DNA of 34,818 nt from an uncultured delta proteobacterium (GTDB lineage: Bacteria; Desulfobacterota; Binatia; UBA9968): positions 1 through 34,818 of the forward strand of contig CAWJBB010000044.1 of the NCBI GenBank assembly GCA_963840855.1, in the 5' to 3' direction. Made by a program: the position numbers and the translations under genes. A model generated the notes under the pieces. That model ran no database searches. It was not told the origin of the DNA and saw only the letters and a list, made by a program, of their open reading frames with translations. Numbering within the stretch: position 1 is the first letter of the stretch; each line of letters begins with the position of its first letter. This document shows positions 26,907 to 34,818 of the stretch, in pieces.

Positions 26907-28262
26907 ATGAAACGGTATGAGCTAAGCCAAGATTTGGCGCACGATATTTTGGCAAGGGCCAAGGCGAGAGGCGCGTCCCAGGGTGATGTTGTTATGGCTG
27001 AAAGCCAGTCATTCTTCGTCACCGTGCGCATGGGTGAGGTGGAGAAGATCAGCCAGTCCGGCGAGAAGCGGCTGGGTTTGCGGCTGTTCTTTGGCAATAG
27101 TTCCGCATCCGCGTCAACTTCCGATATTTCCGAACAAGCCATCGAAAAACTTGTGGAAGACACGGCGTTGATGGCGCGCGTAACCGCTCAAGACCCGCAC
27201 GGCGGCCTGCCCGACGCCGACGAACTGGCGCGCGACATTCCGGATTTGGATTTGCTCGACGAGGGAGCCCGGTCGGTTTCCGTTGAGGAAAAAATTCAGA
27301 TCGCTCTCGATACGGAGAAAAGCGCGCTGACCTTCGATGAGCGGATTACCAATTCCGAAGGCGCTGAGTTTTCTAACGGTTTCGGCAGGGTTATTTACGC
27401 GAGCAGCCACGGCTTTAGCGGTGAATACGAAGGCTCGAATTTCGGTCACTCCGTTGCCCCGGTGGCGAAATCGAACGGCTCGATGCAGCGCGATTACTGG
27501 TACTCGTCCAACCGCAAATTCTCCCACTTGGAATCGCCGCAAAGCGTCGGCGAGAAGGCCGCTCAACGGGTGCTCAGGCGGCTCGGCGCAAAAAAAGTCA
27601 AAACCTGCGAAGTGCCCATTGTTTTCGAACCGGAGATCGCCGCATCGCTGCTACGAAATTTGGCGTCTGCCATCTCCGGTTATGCGCTTTATAAAGGCGC
27701 ATCCTTCTTAGTCGGCAAGCTTGGTACGCAAATCGGTTCCGAGCTGCTTACTGTAGTCGACGATGCCACGATACCCAGCGCATTGGGCTCGAAGCCCTTT
27801 GACGGCGAAGGACTGCCGACGAGCAAAAAAACCATTGTCGAGCGGGGCAAATTGCAAAGTTATCTCCTTGACAGTTACAGCGGCAAAAAATTGGGCATGG
27901 CCTCCACCGGCAATGCCTCGCGCTCCGTCGCTGAACCGCCGGGAGTCGCGCCCACGAACTTTTATCTGTCTCCGGGCAAGTATTCCCCGGATGAAATCAT
28001 TGCTTCGGTTAAACAGGGATTTTACATCACCGAGTTGATCGGCTTCGGCGTCAATATGGTGACCGGCGACTACTCGCGTGGCGCAGCCGGGCTTTGGATC
28101 GAAGACGGCGAGCTAACGCACCCTGTAGAAGAAGTAACCATCGCCGGCAATCTCAAAGCGATGTTTCAGAACATCGATATGATCGGAAACGATTTGGAGC
28201 TGCGCGGCAGAATCGCCGCACCGACACTCAAAATTTCACAGATGACGGTTGCGGGGGATTGA
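26907..28262 (+). CDS. pmbA: TldE/PmbA protein
   Basis: MQRDYWY, PFDGEG, TGNASR, GVNMVTGDYSRGAAG, EVTIAGNL; follows tldD. Confidence 0.95.
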   Translation: MKRYELSQDLAHDILARAKARGASQGDVVMAESQSFFVTVRMGEVEKISQSGEKRLGLRLFFGNSSASASTSDISEQAIEKLVEDTALMARVTAQDPHGGLPDADELARDIPDLDLLDEGARSVSVEEKIQIALDTEKSALTFDERITNSEGAEFSNGFGRVIYASSHGFSGEYEGSNFGHSVAPVAKSNGSMQRDYWYSSNRKFSHLESPQSVGEKAAQRVLRRLGAKKVKTCEVPIVFEPEIAASLLRNLASAISGYALYKGASFLVGKLGTQIGSELLTVVDDATIPSALGSKPFDGEGLPTSKKTIVERGKLQSYLLDSYSGKKLGMASTGNASRSVAEPPGVAPTNFYLSPGKYSPDEIIASVKQGFYITELIGFGVNMVTGDYSRGAAGLWIEDGELTHPVEEVTIAGNLKAMFQNIDMIGNDLELRGRIAAPTLKISQMTVAGD

Positions 28263-28517
28263 AACAGAGGTGAAAGTCCCTTGCCATCAGGCGAACCAGC
28301 GGCGTCATTTCGAGGCGCACCCTAGAATTCCACCTACGCGCCAACCTGTGCGGCCCTGACTATTGTGTCGATTTCGATCTCCTCATTGCCCGGACCGATA
28401 CGACGACTGCTGCGTAATCGAAGCCGGTTCCGTTCGGTCTAGAAAACGCTTCGCGCTCGCTGCGCCAATCCACTCATGCCACTGTCGCAAAAACACCGGC
28501 TGATTCTAAGGAGATCC

Positions 28518-29018
28518 ATGGACACTTCGACTATCATCATGATGGCGGGCGCCTTGATCATGCTCATCGGTGTTTACTGGAAAGCCCCAGAGGCGGCTCA
28601 GAAGGGCCTCGCCGCTACCGGATCGCTGATCCTAGAAATCACGCCGCGCATGATCGCCGCGTTTACTCTCGCCGGCTTGTTTCAGGCAATTATCCCTGAG
28701 GATGTCATCGTGCGCTGGATGGGGCACGGCTCCGGCCTGCGCGGCCTTTTGATCGGCATGTCCCTCGGCGGCGTGACGCCTGGGGGGCCCATGACGCACT
28801 TTCCCGTAATCGCGTCTCTATTCAAGATGGGGGTGGGTGTTGGGCCATTGGTTGCCTATCTTTCGGCCTGGTCCCTGTTCGGTTTGCAACGCATTATTAT
28901 GTGGGAGATTCCGTTTCTTGGTCCCAAGGTGGTGGCGATCCGAGTGGCGGTTAGTTTCGTCTTTCCATTCGTCGCCGGTTGGCTCTGCCAGCTGGTATGG
29001 AACAAGCTCAACGTCTGA
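28518..29018 (+). CDS. Predicted permease (DUF318/ArsP-like half)
   Basis: SD AAGGAG before ATG 28518; TPGGP..FP..L motif; hydrophobic. Confidence 0.8.
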   Translation: MDTSTIIMMAGALIMLIGVYWKAPEAAQKGLAATGSLILEITPRMIAAFTLAGLFQAIIPEDVIVRWMGHGSGLRGLLIGMSLGGVTPGGPMTHFPVIASLFKMGVGVGPLVAYLSAWSLFGLQRIIMWEIPFLGPKVVAIRVAVSFVFPFVAGWLCQLVWNKLNV

Positions 29019-29024
29019 CCCAGC

Positions 29025-30305
29025 GTGAACCGAAGAGAATTCCTGAGACTGTTAGGCAATGCGGGTTGGGCATTGCCTTGGCTGAGCATGCCATTGGGCT
29101 GTGCGTCGGTGCTGACGGCGCCCGATGCCAATACGGGCTTGTCGCTCGGTTACGTCGCGGGCGATGTGACCGAAGACGCCGCCGTGGTCTGGGTGCGAGC
29201 GGAGCCGGGCAGCAATGTCGCACTCCATTATGGCATGGAGCCGGACCTCAGTGAGTTTGCTGTTATCGGCCCGCTGCCTGTGGATCCGGAGGCTGACTAT
29301 TGCGTGCGGTTCCATTTGCAAAAACTACCGGCCGCGACCGTGTGCTATTACCGCGCTGCGGTGGTGGGAAAAGCCCCGGGACCCATCGCCCGGTTCGTCA
29401 GTGCGCCTGGCGTAGAGGATGATAGGAGAGTCGTTTTTTGCTTCAGCGCCGACACCAGGGAAAGCTACAAGCCCTTTAGCGTGATGGATGCGGTGCGCGC
29501 GCAGCGTCCTGATTTCTTTCTCCACCTAGGCGATACGATTTACGCGGACCGCAATGGCACGGCCACCACGTTGACGGAGTTTTGGGCCAAGTATCGCAAC
29601 AACCGCGACGACGCGGCGACCCAGGCGCTTCATTCCGAGACCAGCGTCTACGTGACTTGGGACGACCATGAGGTCGCCGATAACTATCTGCCGGGGCATG
29701 CCCTGGCTCCAGTTGGCCATAAAGCGTTTCTCGACTATTGGCCCATTCGCAGAGATCCGCAGGAACCGAAAAAGATCTACCGCTCATTTCGCTGGGGCAA
29801 AGCCTTGGAGCTGCTTATTCTTGACGTGCGGCAATATCGCGACCCCGGGCAGGGGACGATGTTGGGGAAAGCGCAGAAAGAGTGGTTGCTGACCGCCCTG
29901 GCGAAATCATCCGCTGTCTTCAAATTCATTGCGACAGCGGTGACGATGGACGGCGGCGGCCGCGACCGCTGGGACGGTTACCGGAAAGAACGAGGCGAAA
30001 TACTGCGCTTCATCAACGCCAAAAAACTTCTCGGCGTGGTTTTCTTAAGCGCGGATCTACATTACGCCGCCATCTCCAGGATTCGTAACGGCGGTGCTCT
30101 CAGAGACATCGCGGCCGGGCCTTTAGGCGCGCCGCTCAACCGGATCACCGACGGGTCGGCCAGCCGGTTCGAATTCTTTTCAGCGGAGAACTTTAACTTC
30201 GCCAAGATTACGGTCGATCCCAGAGCCGTCCCGATGCATGCGCTGGTCGAATTCATCGACCAGGACAACCAGACTTTCCATCGAACGAAAATTAACGCCC
30301 GCTGA
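29025..30305 (+). CDS. phoD: PhoD-family alkaline phosphatase/phosphodiesterase, Tat-exported
   Basis: NRREFLR Tat motif; GDV..A.VW.R, HLGDTIYAD, WDDHE, LDVRQYR, DRWDGY, SADLH. Confidence 0.9.
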   Translation: MNRREFLRLLGNAGWALPWLSMPLGCASVLTAPDANTGLSLGYVAGDVTEDAAVVWVRAEPGSNVALHYGMEPDLSEFAVIGPLPVDPEADYCVRFHLQKLPAATVCYYRAAVVGKAPGPIARFVSAPGVEDDRRVVFCFSADTRESYKPFSVMDAVRAQRPDFFLHLGDTIYADRNGTATTLTEFWAKYRNNRDDAATQALHSETSVYVTWDDHEVADNYLPGHALAPVGHKAFLDYWPIRRDPQEPKKIYRSFRWGKALELLILDVRQYRDPGQGTMLGKAQKEWLLTALAKSSAVFKFIATAVTMDGGGRDRWDGYRKERGEILRFINAKKLLGVVFLSADLHYAAISRIRNGGALRDIAAGPLGAPLNRITDGSASRFEFFSAENFNFAKITVDPRAVPMHALVEFIDQDNQTFHRTKINAR

Positions 30306-30409
30306 AGGGGTTTACACGGCGCCCAAATTTCGGGCGATTGTCCGAGGCTATAAGGTCGAACCGGCGAGCAAATAGGAAGTCGGTTCGCGCTGGCTGAGCC
30401 AGATTTCGA

Positions 30410-30560
30410 AGTCGGCGATGCTCATGGGCTTGGCGAAGTAAAAGCCTTGACTAGCTCACAGCCGAGGTTATTCCACTCGGTTGACGTCTCGACGCCCTCG
30501 GCGATGGTAACGAGACGGAGCTTCGACGCCAGCGCGATGGTGGATTCGACCACCGCCCAG
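30410..30560 (-). pseudogene. EAL-domain C-terminal remnant
   Basis: AVVESTIALASKLRLVTIAEGVET..LGCEL then, after a frameshift, QGFYFAKPM; no N-terminal part. Confidence 0.7.
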
Positions 30561-30738
30561 CGCGCCGATCCTGGCTCCGCTACTCGATCGTGTCCCGTGC
30601 TATCGTCCATTTGGACTCGGCCGGGTACCTCGCGCGGTTGTCCGGCTTGGCTAAACCGTCATTACGTTCGCGTTAAATGAGGGGTATGGACTGCAGTCTC
30701 ACGCCAATCCAAATGATCGCGCGGGAGGCGCGCCGGTT

Positions 30739-31710
30739 TCAAATTGCTCGGTGCTGCAACGCCTCGGGATTCAAAGCCCGGGTGAGCTTGCCATTCATAT
30801 AATCGAGTATGTTTGCGACGGCGTTTTCGGCGAAGCCTTCGAAGCCGGAGTCTGTCGGCCAACCCAGGTGCGGCGTGAGGACGACGTTATCTAACTCGAG
30901 GATCGGGTGTTTTGCCGGGAGTGGCTCCTCCGCGAAAACGTCAAGGGCAGCGCCAGCGATGGCGTTGTCAGTGAGAACCTGTAACAGTGCTTGCTCGTCG
31001 ACAATGGCGCCGCGCGCGGTATTGATGAAATAAGCGTTTTTTTTCATCAGGCGCAGGCGCCGTTCATCGATCAGGCCTTTGCTCTGCTCGGAGAGCTTGA
31101 GATGGACGGAGACGACATCCGCGGTGCGCAGGACATCATCCAGTGGCATGAACGTGGCCTGTGATTTCGCGGCCCGCTCTAGTGTCAACGTCGGTCCCCA
31201 CGCGATGACCTTCATGCCGAAGGCGCGGCCAATGGCCGCGACCTCGGTGCCGATGTTGCCGAGGCCCAAAATACCCAACGTTTTACCTTTGAGCACGTAG
31301 CCCAACACCAGCGGCCATTTGCGGTTACGTATGGCCCGGTCGCTTTGTGGGATGCGGCGCATTACGGCCAACATCAGACCGAACGCCAGTTCAGCGGTGC
31401 TGTTGCGGCCGGGCGCCAAAGAGACGACAATGCCGGCGCGTGTCGCCGCGTCTATGTCTATATGATAGGCGTGGTTGCCGGTCTGTGAAATGAGCTCAAG
31501 ATCGGGTAGCTTTTGCAGCAACAAAGCCGGGAACGTTGTACGCTCGCGAATTGGAATGATCGCTTTGGACCCTGCGAGCGCGCGCGCAAGCCCCTCTTCC
31601 GAAGGAATTTTTTCGGTTAGAACCTGGACTTCGGCTTTTTGTCTTAACCGCTCGATTGCCTCTGTGTTGCCAAGTGCGCGCTGGTAGTCGTCGAGGACGG
31701 TGACGCGCAT
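30739..31710 (-). CDS. D-isomer-specific 2-hydroxyacid dehydrogenase
   Basis: LGILGLGNIG, INTARG, ALDVF..EP, TPHLG. Confidence 0.93.
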   Translation of the reverse strand: MRVTVLDDYQRALGNTEAIERLRQKAEVQVLTEKIPSEEGLARALAGSKAIIPIRERTTFPALLLQKLPDLELISQTGNHAYHIDIDAATRAGIVVSLAPGRNSTAELAFGLMLAVMRRIPQSDRAIRNRKWPLVLGYVLKGKTLGILGLGNIGTEVAAIGRAFGMKVIAWGPTLTLERAAKSQATFMPLDDVLRTADVVSVHLKLSEQSKGLIDERRLRLMKKNAYFINTARGAIVDEQALLQVLTDNAIAGAALDVFAEEPLPAKHPILELDNVVLTPHLGWPTDSGFEGFAENAVANILDYMNGKLTRALNPEALQHRAI

Positions 31711-31712
31711 CC

Positions 31713-32102
31713 CTAAATGACCGCGATACCAGCGATCTCGATCAAGTAATCCGGGTTGGCCAAGCCGCTTACGATCACCAGAGTGCTGGTTGGGGAATTC
31801 TTCTTATATTGCTGGCGCCGCACTTCGTTGTAACCTTCACGGTACTGCCTATCGGTAATGTAGGTGGTAGTCATGACCATATTGTCCAATGATCCGCCGG
31901 CCGCCTTCAGAACCGCCTTGATATTATCAAAGACCTGCTGCGTCTGAGCTTTGATGTCTCCCTTGCCCACGACGTTGCCGTCCTTGTCTGAAGCGGTTTG
32001 CCCGGCGATGAACAAGAGTTTTCCACCGCTATTCAAGATTCCCTGGCTGTAGCGTGGCCGCGGGTCGTTGAGCGATTTGGGTTGAACGACTTTTTTCGGC
32101 AT
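31713..32102 (-). CDS. RidA/YjgF family protein
   Basis: YSQG, FIAGQ, PTSTLV, LIEIAGIAV. Confidence 0.92.
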   Translation of the reverse strand: MPKKVVQPKSLNDPRPRYSQGILNSGGKLLFIAGQTASDKDGNVVGKGDIKAQTQQVFDNIKAVLKAAGGSLDNMVMTTTYITDRQYREGYNEVRRQQYKKNSPTSTLVIVSGLANPDYLIEIAGIAVI

Positions 32103-32189
32103 GGTTTTCTCCTTTCAAAATCGGACTTTGGCGTATGAACGTAAAGGGGTTCCGCACCACACTCCATACTCCATTTTGGCTCGCCATGT

Positions 32190-33188
32190 CTACTTCACCG
32201 GATAACGCTTCGCCATCTCGGTAAAGAAACCTTCTTTTTCCAATTCTTGCAGGAAACTCAGATCGACGAATTGCTCCGGTTTAAAGTTTTTTGCATTGGG
32301 CAGCGTCGGCGCGAGCACATCGAGCATGAATTGGATACCCTTGAGAGTGGGGTACGGCTTCTTGGGGATCGACTTGATATAACCGTTGTAGGAATCCTCC
32401 AGCACTTCTGGGTTATTGGTGCGCATATACTTGGCGAAGACCCGCTGTGTGTCTTTCTTGTTGGCGTAGACAAAGTAGATCGCTTCGACGAATCCTTTGA
32501 GCGCCGACTTTACAACCTCCCGGTTGCTCGCGATGTATGCCCTCGAAGTGGCGAAGCCGTTGCCCTGTACTTCGACGCCGAGATCGCCGATGGAAATATG
32601 TTCGGTAAGCCCCACTCGCCTTGCCAATGGCGCGGCAGAGGTCGCGAGATAGGTCGCATCTATGACTCCGGATTGGACCGATGCGATGCGCTCGGTGTCC
32701 AGTCCCGCGGGCACCAAAATAAAATCCTTCAATTCGGCATTCAGGTGTCTGGCAAGAATGATCGACGCATAGTGGGTTGCGGAGTTGAATCCCGTGATGC
32801 CGATCCTTTTGCCCTTTAGTTGTTCCAATTGGGTAATGCCAGTCCGGGAGAAGATGATGAGGTCGTATTTAGTCTCCACTGCGGCGATGAGCACGACGTT
32901 ATGACCCTGGATTGTGGCTTGCACCACCGTGCCGATGTTGACAATCGGCGGATCGCCGCTCACCAGGGCTTGCGTAGCGACTTGACCGCCGCGAAAAAGA
33001 ATCGGTTCAACTTCCAGTCCATACTTGTTAAAAATACCCATTTCCCTGGCGACCCAGACGTTGCTCTGCCGAAAACTCAGCGACGGATAACCGATCTTTA
33101 TTCGCTTGAGAGTTTGGGCGTTTGAGGTAGTCGCGGCTACGCCCAAAACTAGTGCCACTGCGGACAATACTCTTTTAACTGATCTCAT
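32190..33188 (-). CDS. NMT1/SsuA/THI5-like ABC substrate-binding protein
   Basis: Signal peptide; WVAREMGIFNKYGLEVE, LKGKRIGI, FVDLSFLQELEKEGF. Confidence 0.9.
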   Translation of the reverse strand: MRSVKRVLSAVALVLGVAATTSNAQTLKRIKIGYPSLSFRQSNVWVAREMGIFNKYGLEVEPILFRGGQVATQALVSGDPPIVNIGTVVQATIQGHNVVLIAAVETKYDLIIFSRTGITQLEQLKGKRIGITGFNSATHYASIILARHLNAELKDFILVPAGLDTERIASVQSGVIDATYLATSAAPLARRVGLTEHISIGDLGVEVQGNGFATSRAYIASNREVVKSALKGFVEAIYFVYANKKDTQRVFAKYMRTNNPEVLEDSYNGYIKSIPKKPYPTLKGIQFMLDVLAPTLPNAKNFKPEQFVDLSFLQELEKEGFFTEMAKRYPVK

Positions 33189-33231
33189 GGGCAGATGGAT
33201 GTCGGCGAGAATGAACCGCGCCTGGGCAATG

Positions 33232-34818
33232 TCAACGGTATAGCTCCGGGTCCTCGCCGGAAGCCGCCCCGATACGAATTCTGGGATAAACGGAAAATCC
33301 GCCGGGCCGTCCGTGGATCAAGAAATCCACTGGAATAAAATCTTTGAGCAGAGGAATCGGCAACTGAACGCCGGCAAAACTACCCTTGCGGTCCGCGCCG
33401 ACGGCCAGCTGGTTGCCCCACAAACCGGTGGGCAGAGCGCCGCTCATGCTGAAGCGGCTCGCGGAAATGCTCCCTTGGATCGGCGGCAGCTTGTAATTGG
33501 CGCCGGGGTTGCGTTCGTTTTCGCTCAATAGTTCGTGGTCCAGCACCCGAGGATAAGACCGGCCGCCCGCTTCGCGCACGAGGGTAAACGTCGTGTCATC
33601 ACGCTCGTCGGCTTTGGCCTCTGGTTTCTCAGGTTGGGCGCGGAGGACCGCGCTCGGCAGGGCGTGAATGCCGCCAATGCTGCCTTTGGCGCGTTGGTTG
33701 ACGTCGGCCAGCGCGACCTGTTGGTTTTTGTCGCGCAACCGGACGAAAAACCGGTCCGACATCTGGGCGGAGAGCGGGTAACTCTGGCTGCGCACGCCCC
33801 ACGGCGTCTCGTAGTAAACGAGCAATTCACGGTCGCTGACCAGGTTGACGCCGCGGTTGGCGATCTCCAAGTTGCGCGGGTTGCCATCGAATAACGATGC
33901 CTTTAGACCAAGTCCGTTGGGGCCATAGAGCTCCGGGTTTTCCATGAGAAATTGCTTGCTCATGCGCAACCCCTGATTTTCATCCTTGGCCATTTCGGCT
34001 AGCTTCCTGGTGGCCTCTCCCGCCGAGGAACTGTCGGCGAATTGGTCGACCAGCCGCGTCAAGTAGTACTCGCGGGCGCCGCGGTCTTTGGCCTTGGCCG
34101 CGGCATTGAGCAGCCCCTTGGCGGCTTTCTCTTTTACCACCGCGACTTTTTCCTGCGAGCTGCCCGCCAACTCGTGGTAGGCGATGGCCCGCTCGAACAT
34201 GCCGCGCTCTTCGTAGGAGTCCGCGAGGACTTTGTAAACCTCGGCGGAGTTCGACGAGTTCGGATGATTGCGCACGTAGGACACGCCGGCGTCGATCACC
34301 GGTTGGGCGGAAACCGGATTGTTAGTCACGACCTGGTAAATATTGCTGCCCAGAAGGATCGCGTTGATGGTCCCTAAAGTCGCGGCGCCGGCGGGGCCGG
34401 CGGCCGCCATGGCACCGGCCGCGTAGAGCAGATTCTTTTTGAGCAGATCGTCGCCAAGCAGCACATATTTGACGGTTTCCAGACGGCGTTCCCCCTGGGC
34501 GCCGTGAAACGATGCAAGCAGATTATATTCGGGACTTTGCAACAGGGTGGTGGCATGGTTGCGTGCATCGGGTGTTACCGAGGAGCGAGAGAGTTGCGCG
34601 ACGATTTTCTTTGCCTCTTCATGGCGCCCTCTCATTTCCAGCGCCACGGCTTCGGCGTCCTTGGCGGTGTCGGACAACGGCTTGCTTTGGTATTTTTTAT
34701 CGAGGTCGACGGCCAAGCGCTCAAGCTTTTTCGCGTCGCGCAGGCTCAGCGCCACGAACAGCGTCTCGACGTCGATCTGCTCGGCCGGGGAGCGGCTCGG
34801 TTCCGCCTTGGCCAACGG
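33232..34818 (-). CDS. Large hypothetical protein with TPR-like helices, 5' end outside window
   Basis: Frame is open to the window edge (over 527 aa); TPR-like segment LADSYEERGMFERAIAYHE. Confidence 0.8.
   Translation of the reverse strand, partial: PLAKAEPSRSPAEQIDVETLFVALSLRDAKKLERLAVDLDKKYQSKPLSDTAKDAEAVALEMRGRHEEAKKIVAQLSRSSVTPDARNHATTLLQSPEYNLLASFHGAQGERRLETVKYVLLGDDLLKKNLLYAAGAMAAAGPAGAATLGTINAILLGSNIYQVVTNNPVSAQPVIDAGVSYVRNHPNSSNSAEVYKVLADSYEERGMFERAIAYHELAGSSQEKVAVVKEKAAKGLLNAAAKAKDRGAREYYLTRLVDQFADSSSAGEATRKLAEMAKDENQGLRMSKQFLMENPELYGPNGLGLKASLFDGNPRNLEIANRGVNLVSDRELLVYYETPWGVRSQSYPLSAQMSDRFFVRLRDKNQQVALADVNQRAKGSIGGIHALPSAVLRAQPEKPEAKADERDDTTFTLVREAGGRSYPRVLDHELLSENERNPGANYKLPPIQGSISASRFSMSGALPTGLWGNQLAVGADRKGSFAGVQLPIPLLKDFIPVDFLIHGRPGGFSVYPRIRIGAASGEDPELYR

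Noticed and set aside
25377-28262. TldD/E as part of a RiPP cluster
   Set aside because: No precursor peptide or YcaO/modifying enzymes nearby; looks like the housekeeping pair.
32157-32175. ACTCCAT short repeat as another repeat element
   Set aside because: Only two units and no inverted arm; could be chance.

Overview
GC-rich bacterial chromosomal window. Gene content (UbiD, NMT1/SsuA-type binding proteins, amidohydrolases, RidA, Deltaproteobacteria-style IclR) suggests a Binatota/Deltaproteobacteria-like genome (inference). The left part (1-9.5 kb) holds catabolic and housekeeping genes. The middle (10041-15975) is a 5.9-kb degenerate integrative element bounded by a 16-bp att-like direct repeat with a 7-bp-overlap core. 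It carries a truncated, frameshifted tyrosine integrase, phage-like small genes, a DUF2971 gene, and an internal 3' half of tRNA-Ser(TGA) with arm-like repeats. The right part has a trpE-trpG operon preceded by an apparently leaderless Trp leader peptide and attenuator, and followed by a stand-alone archaeal-type ThrRS editing domain with altered signature residues. It also has IclR, a membrane Fe-S/CCG oxidoreductase, DUF192, an archaeal-type (class II) GAPDH-like gene, tldD-pmbA, a permease with PhoD, and a binding protein-RidA-dehydrogenase cluster. Several intergenic spaces contain palindromic arrays of short tandem repeats built on a GTTCAA core with 9-bp or 7-bp period. No CRISPR array, rRNA or intact tRNA is seen.
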